The position numbers and the translations under genes were made by a program. From positions 54,746,001 to 54,810,000 of the forward strand of contig OZ287750.1 in assembly GCA_965649765.1 (NCBI GenBank): a stretch of 64,000 nt of DNA, in the 5' to 3' direction. Positions 24,455 to 34,427 of this stretch are shown here, one piece after another. The stretch comes from Bispira polyomma (lineage: Eukaryota). Position 1 is the first letter of the stretch. The number at the start of each line of letters is the position of its first letter. The notes under the pieces are model-generated. The model did no database searches. It worked only from the letters and a program-made list of their open reading frames with translations, and was not told the DNA's origin.

Positions 24455-25398
24455 CTTCAGCATGGGACAGACTTAACACTGTTCTTCGCCCAAATACTGC
24501 ATCAGCATACAGTAATCAGTTTAAGACATTTTTAGCTTTCAATTGCTTTGCTAGGATTCAAGCAGTTGACAAACAGTCATTCCTTGCTTTCCTAGAATAT
24601 TTGGTACAAAATTCCCTTTCTCCCAAGGCTATTGCAAACTATCTTTCTGCTATTAAATTTATGGCTAGGAAATTTCATTGGGATTTGGCTATATTTGAAA
24701 ACAACACGGTTGCTTTATTTATGAGAAGTTTGTCCCATAATTCACATTTCAGACCTCAGCCTAAAGGTATATTTAACATTAAACATATGGCTCTTATCTT
24801 GCAGGGTTGCGACATACTTTCTGATCCTGTGCTATATAAGGCCATTCTCCTTGCTTTTTACGGGTTTCTTCGCATATCCAACATTGCTCCACACTCTAGG
24901 GCTACTTTTGACCCCTCCAGACATTTCTTAAGAAAGGATGTCATATTTGGCCATCCAGGGGCCCACATTATTCTGAAGTGGGCCAAAAACTTACAGGATA
25001 GGTCCCAGTCACATGTAATTCAAATCCCCACGGTTAAGAACACCATTCTTTGCCCTGTGAGGGCCCTACATAGATTACTCTCATCTAGACACCTTCCTGA
25101 CTCTGCACCTTTGTTTGCAGAATCTCACCATCCAAACTTCTCAGTGATAGACACTCATGTACGTTCTGCACTCACTTCTGTGTTGACACATATAGGCATT
25201 CCACACAAATCACACACATTCCACACATTCAGAAGGTCAGGTGCCACATATGCCTTTAACAATAACGTTTCTTTGCAAAATATCATGTCTCATGGGCTGT
25301 GGAGGTCATCAGCAGCTTGGACCTATCTTCAGAAAACACCACAAGCAGCCTCCACAGTCCCCCTTACCTTTGCCTCCTCTATTCCCCTAAATTTTTGA
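24451..25398 (+). CDS. Tyrosine recombinase (315 aa, intact)
   Basis: Catalytic residues R (FLRISN), K (KWAK), HxxR (HTFRR), H/W (HGLW), Y (WTYL). Confidence 0.93.
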   Translation: MTSAWDRLNTVLRPNTASAYSNQFKTFLAFNCFARIQAVDKQSFLAFLEYLVQNSLSPKAIANYLSAIKFMARKFHWDLAIFENNTVALFMRSLSHNSHFRPQPKGIFNIKHMALILQGCDILSDPVLYKAILLAFYGFLRISNIAPHSRATFDPSRHFLRKDVIFGHPGAHIILKWAKNLQDRSQSHVIQIPTVKNTILCPVRALHRLLSSRHLPDSAPLFAESHHPNFSVIDTHVRSALTSVLTHIGIPHKSHTFHTFRRSGATYAFNNNVSLQNIMSHGLWRSSAAWTYLQKTPQAASTVPLTFASSIPLNF

Positions 25399-25410
25399 CT
25401 TTGGGTTTGC

Positions 25411-25606
25411 GTGTTTTTAAAATCTGAATATTTTAAAATCCTATTATACTACATTTATTGATAACATTATATATTTTACTAATATGTACAGTAATAAAAC
25501 CTCAAACCTAGTTTTATTCCCTTGTTCACACTTGCAAACTTCATTCAACTATGTAGTGCTACAACTTAACTTTGGCCTTGACCTTAATACTTCACTAGTG
25601 AACTGT
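25411..25606 (+). repeat. Ngaro repeat B1
   Basis: Near-identical direct repeat of 26465-26660; overlaps A2 by TGT; contains AATAAA. Confidence 0.93.
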
Positions 25607-25819
25607 GTATAGCACGAACATATAAGGGTTCTGATAATTCAGTTCAATAGTTAGCTTATACCTTAACCCCTAGGGAATGAACCTGACACTAAATCTTCAG
25701 GAGCATTTACTAATCAATAACCAATCACATTCATTCCACCAATTGCTAGAGCACAATTCCCAATTGGGGGGTCATTCATATTGAGACCACATCACATGAA
25801 GGAACACAATAGAAAAGTG
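25604..25819 (+). repeat. Ngaro repeat A2
   Basis: Direct repeat of 19817-20032. Confidence 0.93.
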
Positions 25820-25911
25820 CCCACCGCCACCCCGTCTTCCACCAAAATATCCCTCATTAACAATAAGGTTTTCTTAAGGCACTTGATTAGGAACAACTCT
25901 GTTGTTTTGTT

Positions 25912-26068
25912 AGCAGCAATGTGGACTCGTGACCGTGTGGAGGTACGGTTCCCCCTTGGTAACTACCCCTTGTGTGGGCTCCAGGGAGGATTATTAGCTC
26001 TGCAGGGGTTAACCTTCCTCTACTAGGCGACTAGGTGCCACAGGTCACGAGCCCCCTACATTGCTGCT
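25912..26068 (+). ncRNA. Candidate structured RNA motif, copy E1 (core 25934-26039), in the A2-B2 spacer
   Basis: Outer helices AGCAGCAATGT/ACATTGCTGCT and CTCGTGACC/GGTCACGAG; inner helices TGGAGG/CCTCTA, GGTTCCCCCTTG/CAGGGGTTAACC and GGGCT/AGCTC; hairpin CTAG-GCGA-CTAG. Confidence 0.65.
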
Positions 26069-26464
26069 TAGGCATTGAAACATAGCACACATTTTTAAGT
26101 ATATTTATTTTATCATACTTTAGTCTAGCATAAAGGCTTAGGATAAGTTGACAGAGTACTTGCTGACAGGTACCCATGTAGGGCAATGGTTTGCTGCTAG
26201 TTGTATTTGCACATTATATATCTAGGGCAGACTTAAAAGGATTACTGCAGTATGTCCGTTAGATAGTCCCATTTTCATATGTAATAATTATATGTTTTAC
26301 ATTGTTGCCTCCTGCGTGGGGTTTCTCTATATTTATTATTAATATGGTAATAACCAGTAACGTATGGTCAGTGATGAATTATTGGTTTATACACTGTGGA
26401 AGGAACTAGACTTGTTTGATTACATCTTGTGATATTTCTCTTTTATTTTCTGTACTTTGTACGG

Positions 26465-26660
26465 GTGTTTTTAAAATCTGGATATTTTAAAATCCTATTA
26501 TACTACATTTATTGATAACATTATATATTTTACTAATATGTACAGTAATAAAACCTCAAACCTAGTTTTATTCCCTTGTTCACACTTGCAAACTTCATTC
26601 AACTATGTAGCTCTACAACTTAACTTTGGCCTTGACCTTAATACTTCACCAGTAAACTGT
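26465..26660 (+). repeat. Ngaro repeat B2 (right end)
   Basis: Direct repeat of 25411-25606, ending in AACTGT. Confidence 0.93.
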
Positions 26661-27545
26661 TCATTTATTGAACAGAATTACAACTTCTGCATTTAGTAGC
26701 CTTAAAAGCTGCTTTGACAATGTGCAAAAGAGGATGTTTAATCATAAGTTAAAAATCAACCTGGATAAAACAGAATTCATTCTTTTTGGATCCAAATCAC
26801 AACGCAAGATTTTGGCTGATAATTTCCCAGTCAATATTCTGGGAAACATGTTGCACCCTGCTGATACTGCCAGAAACCTGGGTGTCACATTTGACTCTGA
26901 TTTCTCATTTGCTAAACTAGTTCAATCTGTTTGTAGGGCTTGTTTTATCCAGATTTGAGACAAGTGAGACTATACCTGTCTAGTGGAACTATGATGGCAA
27001 ATGCCCTGGTCAGCAGTCACCTTGATTACGGCAACTCTGTTTTCAGAGATCTCGCTGGGACTGCCCTGTGCAAATTGCAACACAGTTTGGCTCAGATTAT
27101 AACACGGAAGTCCAAGTTTACTCACATTACTGCTGTTTTAAAATCCTCCACTCGCTGCCTATTGAGTATAGAGCAATATTCAAAACTGCTACCTAAGTCT
27201 ATAAATATCTCAATTTAGGTTTCCCTCTGTATTTCAGTCCTTGCTTATCTCTCTATACATGTCAACGCAATACAAAGTGTAGTAGGCCTGGAAATGCTTT
27301 CTTAAGTGTCCCTCCTTTGTTCAATCAGTTCACAAGTCAAAAAGACATTTTAACAATAGTTTCTCATTTGATGCTCCTAACCTGTGAAATGATCTGCCTC
27401 ATGATACACTACCTCCTCACTTTCCTATTTTAGGAAAAAACTCAGAACCTACTTATTCAGCAAGGCTTTTTCTACTTAGCCTCCTTAAGTTTTGATGGCG
27501 TCTCCATGATCATGACCCCTATACGTCCAATGGCTATATGTAATT
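26661..27545 (+). mobile_element. 3' part of the L2 LINE interrupted by Ngaro
   Basis: KLKINLDKTEFILFGS...RNLGVTFDSDFSF, ANALVSSHLDYGNS, FSFDAPNL; 3' UTR like 1-350. Confidence 0.85.
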
Positions 27546-28495
27546 GTCTAAGGATTTTCTTTGTCTGTTTAGATATATTATTTTGTGGTATTTGTATTAT
27601 TATTGTTCTATTGTAATTTTGTATTGTGCCTTTGTATTGTCTTATAGTATTATTTTGTAGTTACTGTGTATATTTGCTATAAAGTAACAAATAAAAACAA
27701 AATATTTTGCACTATATCATTGTAAATTTTAAAATCTTTACATGGTATCAAATATCTACAGTAAATATATTGACATGTACAGAGTTAAAATAAATTTTTC
27801 AAACATATATTTCCTTGTCTTTGAAGGTCATCACCTTCACCTCTCATTGGGAACTCATAGACACATTTTAATGCAGTCCACTCAAGTTCATAATGAATTG
27901 TAAGATAATAAGCAATGCAAGTCAATAAAAGATGCAGTTTGAGGTTTTAGTTATGTTTTACATATTAGTAATTTGTACAGGTTGACAAAGTGTTAAAATA
28001 ATGGTTGAATACTTGTAATAAGATTTTAAGCCCCACATGGGAATCATACAACAAATGGGTGAAAGCCGAACAAGAAAACAAGGACTAGCCATTAATAATG
28101 GAATACCACACAAACATAAAATAATTACATAAAATATATCGTATTTTGTTTTAGCTAGTTTGGACTAGCCAACCGTTTGTAAAGTATATGAATATGTGTT
28201 ATCCATAAGCTAGTTACATAAACAAAAAAAAATAAATGAACTGATATCATGATTAAAACAGTATACAATAGTGGAAATACAGGTTCTTTCTATCAGAGTG
28301 TACACTAGCCATAAATAGTGTTTTCTGCACATGATGATTTGTTTTTCAATCTAGCCAGATAGGCCTTGCAACTGGTGTCACACACATGAACAAATTTGTT
28401 TCTATAACACTTCACATGTGTAGCTTTTACATCAAATATACCCAGTAATTGATTGCATTTTATGTGCTGCTCTGGGATGGGAGCCTAACACCTGG

Positions 28496-28609
28496 GGCAC
28501 CTAATCACCTAGCAGAGGATTCTGATTCTTTCCAGCACTCTTTTTTTCGGCCCTGCTATACTCTAAACGTGAGCTCAGAGGGAGTACAGGAGACACAACT
28601 CTCCACACA
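28496..28609 (-). ncRNA. Candidate structured RNA motif, copy E4 (degraded), probably in another YR 3' fragment
   Basis: Minus strand TGTGTGGAG...ACTCCCTCTGAGCTC...CCTCTGCTAGGTGATTAGGTGCC; CTAG-GTGA-TTAG GNRA hairpin; flanking helix AGCCCAGACATT/GGTGTTAGGCT. Confidence 0.5.
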
Positions 28610-29162
28610 ATGTCTGGGCTACGATTGCACACAGCAAGCTTTAGTTACACAAGAGTGTTTCTTTCTAACCAATTTTTTTCAGAAAAATTAGCTAAGATGA
28701 CCCCTTAAAGAGGATAATTGTCTTACAAAACCCTCAATAAAACAACTTGTTCTATAGGAATTAGCAAGCTGTATCATAAATATACATTGAATGCGTGCGT
28801 TATGACCAGCATCAGGTGTCACTTTCCCCCAAGCCGTGTTCACTAAAAACCATTCATTAGATAAGCCATTGGCGCCAGAATTTCCCGCCAAAATTGTTTA
28901 CCTGCCCAAGAATAAACAGTGTTGTCCTCATTCTGGGAAAAACCTTGAAGGAACAACAACTAAAAAGGAACTACATTCCTTTTTGGGACGCCATCTTAAC
29001 TATTTAAACACACAAGGATATTTTAAACTATAATTTTAATAAAGGACGTTTACAAATATATTTACATAATATTTTAAAAAGAAAACGTTATATATTAGTG
29101 AGTGTTTTAGTCAAGTGGTGTTAAAGTTCTACTCTACCGTGTGCCTATATTGTGATTTGAAT

Positions 29163-30611
29163 ATGGGCCCGAAACCGGTGAATAAGCAACATAATACCAG
29201 GAGCAAGAGCAAGGAGCAGTGTTACAAGTGTAAATCCAGTCACCGTTTGCCTATGGGGGACCGCTGTTTGAGGGAAGGAGCTGCCGACCAGACGCTGACA
29301 TCCTCGGGTTCGGATAACCCAGACCAGTCTAACGCGTTGGAGCAGTCAAGCCAACAACAGGAGATGAGGGTGATACACAACTCCACCACTGAAGGTATGG
29401 ATCAGTCGCAAGGACAGGCAGCCAAGGGGAAGAGAAAACGAGTCGGCAGTGTAGATGTAATGGCCAAATTAGATAAGTTCATGGAAAAGTTCTCTCAGCT
29501 AGAAGAGCGAGTATCCAGACAGGAAGAACGACGGGACAGTGAGCTATCGCTCTCCACCAGGTCGTCGGCGCACAGCTCGCCAAAACGCAAGACCACTAGT
29601 GAACGTACTGAGGGACGAGGGCAGTCAGGGAAGACCACTAAGTTACCTTCACTGGACTGCCTTCGGGGAAATACTACAATTCAAGAGGAAGTTGACAGGC
29701 GGTTGAGACAATACCAGGACGGTTCCAGAGACGATCTGACAGGTATTTTTGTTAATAAGAAATCCCTTAAGTCAGGTAGATTGCGTGTTGGGGATCAGAA
29801 AGTAAAAGTTTCCGTACCGTGGCCTCATGAGCATTGCATGCTCAACGAGCATATGGAAATGCCTACGTATGAAGATTTGACATTATGTCAGTGGGTGCAG
29901 GGCTATGCCCGATGCGAGTTAGAAGAGTCAGACGAAGAAGTGCGCAAAAACATGCTGCATTATCAATATCTGTTAATGCAGGATGCCATAGACCTCTCTT
30001 GGGCGACAGCAAAACGAGCCCATGCGGCAGTGCTGACCGAGATAGAAAGGGGGAATGTCACTTGGGAGGATGTCGGTGAAATTGATCGAATTAGGCAACG
30101 TTTCACGCAGAGAACACTAAGGAGGGCCAGCTCGGCTAGTTACAATGGGTCTACTAAGCAACATGCTCAGAACGGTAAAGTAACTGTTTGTCAAAAATAT
30201 TCAAAAGGGACTTGCAAATTTGATGCAGACCATTTCGAGGGGGGTAAGATGCAAAAATATTCTTGTGGGTATTGTTACAGGACTGTTCATAAGAATTATG
30301 ACCACCCCGAGATTAAATGCAACCAGAAGGTAAAGGAAGGTGGGGCAAAAAGTCGTGAAGCGGGGACAAGGCTGATCAGCGAGTTTAATGTTGTAAGGGC
30401 CCCCTCCTACAATATCACCAGTAGCGGCTTACAAAATAATAAGTCCCAAATCAAAAAGAAAATTGTAACAAAAAATCATGTCTGGGGAAGCAAATTTTGG
30501 AGTAGTCAACATCTGGGTCTGTGTAATTGTCAGTGGTGTGCGAGAGACACCACTTATTATATACCAAAAGGGGTGAATACTGTGGGCAGGGGTTTAACCC
30601 CACTGCAGTAA
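29163..30611 (+). CDS. Ngaro gag-like protein (intact; likely start MGPKPV)
   Basis: N-terminal C-x2-C-x3-H-x7-C, coiled coil, KSGR...WPHE...YEDLTLCQWVQG...EIERGNVTWED, C-terminal CQKYSKGTCKFDADH...CGYC...HPEIKC Zn finger. Confidence 0.82.
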   Translation: MGPKPVNKQHNTRSKSKEQCYKCKSSHRLPMGDRCLREGAADQTLTSSGSDNPDQSNALEQSSQQQEMRVIHNSTTEGMDQSQGQAAKGKRKRVGSVDVMAKLDKFMEKFSQLEERVSRQEERRDSELSLSTRSSAHSSPKRKTTSERTEGRGQSGKTTKLPSLDCLRGNTTIQEEVDRRLRQYQDGSRDDLTGIFVNKKSLKSGRLRVGDQKVKVSVPWPHEHCMLNEHMEMPTYEDLTLCQWVQGYARCELEESDEEVRKNMLHYQYLLMQDAIDLSWATAKRAHAAVLTEIERGNVTWEDVGEIDRIRQRFTQRTLRRASSASYNGSTKQHAQNGKVTVCQKYSKGTCKFDADHFEGGKMQKYSCGYCYRTVHKNYDHPEIKCNQKVKEGGAKSREAGTRLISEFNVVRAPSYNITSSGLQNNKSQIKKKIVTKNHVWGSKFWSSQHLGLCNCQWCARDTTYYIPKGVNTVGRGLTPLQ

Positions 30612-31156
30612 TTAATGGGAAAAACTCAAACTCTTACGTCGCAGACGCGGCTGGCATGAATAGTAGCTATACTAGTGTAGTTTTCAATGTCAATACAGTG
30701 TTACTGGAAGATACAAATGTAAACAGCAGTAATTGTGGTTCTTCGTTGTATGAGTCCAGTGTAGTCAGTAAGGACAGTAGCAGTAGCTGGAGTAGTAGTG
30801 TTTCTAGATCACAGGATTCTTACGTAGTGAGTCAGAGTAGTATAAAAGATTATAGTTTTGCCAAGGCTTGGGTCAAGGACGACTTCAACCCAGGGTTAAG
30901 TAGCATAAGGGTCCATGATATAGGACATATAGAGAGCCTCATGTACAATGCAGACTCTGACATGTCGAGTGTAGACAGGAAAAGGGGTCAGGCCCAGATA
31001 GGTTTCACCAATAATGAATCAGTTGACGAGTCAGTTAATATTAGCATGGCCATTAAGCAGGGTCAGTTTGGTGTTAGCTTTAGAATTAACAATGTCAGGG
31101 ACACCTCAGTAACAGAACAATCTAGCCATTGTGTAAGGTTAGACGGGGGTCACTAA
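30527..31156 (+). pseudogene. Ser-rich N-terminal extension of pol, truncated at the deletion
   Basis: Overlaps the end of gag in another frame, low complexity like 21425-22650, and ends at the A2 junction. Confidence 0.5.
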
Positions 31157-31352
31157 AAACCACTCATTAGGTAAGCCATTGGCGCCAGAATTTCCCGCCA
31201 AAATTGTTTACCTGCCCAAGAATAAACAGTGTTGTCCTCATTCTGGGAAAAACCTTGAAGGAACAACAACTAAAAAGGCTCGCCCACCCACTTCCAGAAG
31301 TAAGAGTGTAACGAGCTCAATAAGGGCTATATGTGTTTATCAGTACAGTGCT

Positions 31353-31530
31353 GTTCCGAACTGGGATCTCCACGGCTGGGGCCTGGGCCTCGGGGCGTGT
31401 GGCGGCGGGTCCTGTCTCTCAACTTTCCCCTTAGCTGGTCAAATAGAAGCTCTGAGAGGCAGGACCTCCCTGCTACTAGGCGAATTGGTGCCGTAGACCC
31501 AGGATCCCGACCTCTGCTTGGGGGTTTGGG
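31353..31530 (+). ncRNA. Candidate structured RNA motif, copy E2 (core 31396-31492)
   Basis: GTGGCGG/CTGCTAC, GGTCCTGTCTCTCA/TGAGAGGCAGGACC, AACT, AGCT..AGCTCTG, CTAGGCGAATTGG, GTGCC; outer helices CCTGGG/CCCAGG and GGGATC/GATCCC. Confidence 0.62.
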
Positions 31531-33369
31531 TTCAGAGTAGAATTAATAAGTGTGCGATGTAAAACCGGTCTTTACGAGACCTGCTCCTGTGAGCCCTCAG
31601 CCTTTATCAAGGCTCAGTCTTGCATGACTGCTTACGTTTTTTGTATTTTCTTTTTGTTAGTGAGCTGTAAACACCACAGGTTTTAGGTTTTTAGTGTTCA
31701 TTTTATGTTTTAGCGTTAGTCCCAAAACAACTATAACTGAGCTTAGCACGTGGTTTCAGTACATACATATATATATAACTTAACACACAACAATACTGTA
31801 AATAATTTAAGTAGTAGAATAACTAACAAAAGTAGTAGGTAAACCTTAACGCTAGGGTCACCTAGAAACAACAACCGGGGTGAACTCAACTTAAGCTTAA
31901 GATAACCCTAAATTCTAGTGTAAGGTCACCTTAAATCCACAGTTAGTGGCTTTCCATAGGTAAACCTCAACTTAAGTTAAGGCCAACGTACATTAACAGT
32001 TAAGGTAACCATGAAGTCACAAGTAACAGCATAGGCTAGTGAAAACAGACGGTTAACCTCAACTCAAGTTAAGGCTAGCATAGGTTAGCAGGTAAAGGTC
32101 ACCTTAAAGTCAAAAGTTAAGGCCTTAGCCGCAGTTTAAGGTGACCTTATGTTTAGTACAGTAGTCTAACACATTTAGGTATATATGTATATTATATGTT
32201 ATGTATTTTAATAAAGCCCAAATGATGTAATGAATTCATTTACTCTGTGTTCCACTCTATTTTCATTTGGATCACCTTGATCACTATCAGCGCAGCTTGG
32301 GGAAAACTGATCCATAAATAGCTGGTTGCTACATGGACAGCCAAGCAGTATAGTTGCGGCTAGGGGGAGGTGGTGGGCTCTAAAATATTTCTTCACTGTG
32401 TCACCTTGATGTTTGTAGCTTGAATGACAAATTAAATATGGAATCTAAGAGAATAGAAGCCTGAACAAAAGGTATGCAGTGCTGTGATTGGAAGGTACTA
32501 TAATGGACAGACATTCTAGCTACATGAAGCGATAGCATTGGTAAAGTTGAAGGTTGTACAGAATTTAAAAGTTTGTACAGAATTTCAAGGTGGGTGAACT
32601 AAACTATCAGTCCCCTGAAGGATCCTGCTGTGAATTTTCAGTATGGATAGAGGTATCAGAAAAACCTATTTCTATTTGTAACAATTCCAACAAAAGAAGA
32701 ATAGATTTACATGACTCATCATTGTTTCCCAAATACTCAATATCCATTGATTCATGGCTTTCGGGAAAAAATGTTTAGGATAAAACTAAACTTTGAAAAA
32801 TACAAAGATTATTAGGCTGAGGAGAGGGGCTCTAAAAGTAAACAGACTTACCATTTTGAAATCTGTTGTTAAACTGAAATGTATATTTTTCAGTTTTCTG
32901 TTTCACCTCAATGAAAACTATACAAGCTCAATTTTTTTTATATATAAAAATACTTTAATGATGTAACTAAATTTGCGAAGACCAAACAGGCAGCTATTAT
33001 AAGTGATACAGAAACTGTAGGTTTGAAAATGGTAGATAAACTGATAAAACTGTTGACAGACAATAACTATGTATAGAGAAAAATTAAGTGTACATGTATA
33101 CAGCAAGGAATCTTAACTACAATAATTTGTGCAAATTCTAAATACCTCATATGTAATATCTAGAAACAAAACAAGATTTTTTATCAAGCATTGTTAAAAA
33201 GCTGGTTGTCCCCTGATTGTAAACTCGACTGGTTTTAATATTAAGAGTAGTAGATATTTCGGTATATGCAAAAAGTATAGGATTTTTAAATAGCAAAACA
33301 ATATAATTGGGAAATTAACTTCCTGACCCAAAATGGAATAATGGATTCCATACAAAGTGAATGAAAGAA

Positions 33370-33600
33370 TTACTTCAATCCAGGAGGTTATGCTTTTGCC
33401 GCCTGTGTTAGTGGTTTGTTTGTGTGTCACAAGCATTACATAAATAACTACTGAACTCAATTACATGAAAGTTGGTAGAGTTGGCTTGGGTTCAACTAGT
33501 GGGTTTGAGTAGATGGACAGAAGCAGGATATGTTGTCACTTTTTGGCATTGTGACGCCTGCACGGATATATGCACTCCATCAAGTGCCCTTCTAATTGTT
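33370..33600 (+). mobile_element. Non-autonomous Helentron-associated (HINE/DINE-like) element
   Basis: CCAGGAGGTTATGCTTTT start, (GTTT/GT) microsatellite, GCACTCCATCAAGTGC hairpin-CCTTCTAATT end. Related pieces at ~2060-2225(-), ~8870-9010(-) and ~55590-55790. Confidence 0.55.
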
Positions 33601-34427
33601 AATGTGCCAAAATTCATATCATGATTTAAGCTTTTTTTGCCATTTTACCTTAAAGTTGTAAAACCAGAATGCGTCTTCACTAATGTTATTTTTGTGAAAA
33701 AAATCTCTCACTATTCTTGGCTGATTAGAAAAGTCATCAACAGGCTATTGAAAACTTGCAAAGTTTATTCAATTATTAAGGATTGTTGACTGGGTACCAT
33801 GTAAATTTGAATGAATTCAAGAAAAAGTGCAATTTGTTAACAAAAATATTACATGCTGATAGACTAAATATTTATTGAATTGTAAATACACATATATTTA
33901 TAATTGGGCTTCTAAATGATACTTACCGAAAAAAGGAGTATTATAGGTGTATTGCTGAAAATATCATCTGACTATCTTCAGTCTTAACATAATTGTAGAA
34001 AAGGTATCCTTCATATGTTTCAGTTGAATGAAATGTTTAATGAGATAATTAAATCCTTCTCTAGATTGATTGATTGATTTTATAATTTGATTAATATCTT
34101 TATTGCGAAAATATAGCCAATTTAGATAGTTAACAATAAAAGAATGATGTTCATAATTTAAATGTATATTGTGTTTTTATATTACAAATGGTGTCCCTAT
34201 TTTGTCTTTAAAATTAAACCAACATCCATGGATGTTAAACTTTATGCAGTAAAAATCTCAAAGGCAATTCCGCAAAATATTTGCTACTCTGGTCCTTTGG
34301 CAATAAATCTTGTTGTAATAGCTACTCGGTTTTACAAAATATAATCCAGGAATCAAAGCCGTGGATGGGTGCCTAGGACCGCCGATAACCGGTAAAATCA
34401 CAATTTATAATGAATGATATATTAAGT

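Larger units (their letters stand above)
19817..26660 (+). mobile_element. Ngaro-type tyrosine-recombinase retrotransposon, structurally complete but coding-inactivated
   Basis: Split direct repeats A1-gag-RT/RH-YR-B1A2-spacer-B2. No methyltransferase ORF between RNase H and YR, which favours Ngaro over DIRS1/PAT. Confidence 0.92.
28840..32200 (+). mobile_element. Second Ngaro-type element with a large internal deletion (RT core, RNase H, YR and B1 missing); outer ends approximate
   Basis: 129-bp direct repeat at 28840-28968 and 31150-31278 brackets gag and the start of the pol extension. The second copy is followed by CGCCCACCC and the structured motif, as in element 1. Confidence 0.78.

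Noticed and set aside
25931-25951. GACCGTG...GTACGGTTC resembling group II intron domain V
   Set aside because: Too short, lacks the GNRA-capped upper stem and bulge, and is not conserved in the other three copies.
31470-31495. GGCGAAT resembling the HDV ribozyme J4/2 strand
   Set aside because: No P1/P3/L3 nested pseudoknot could be built upstream, and the other copies show that this segment is a GNRA-capped hairpin.
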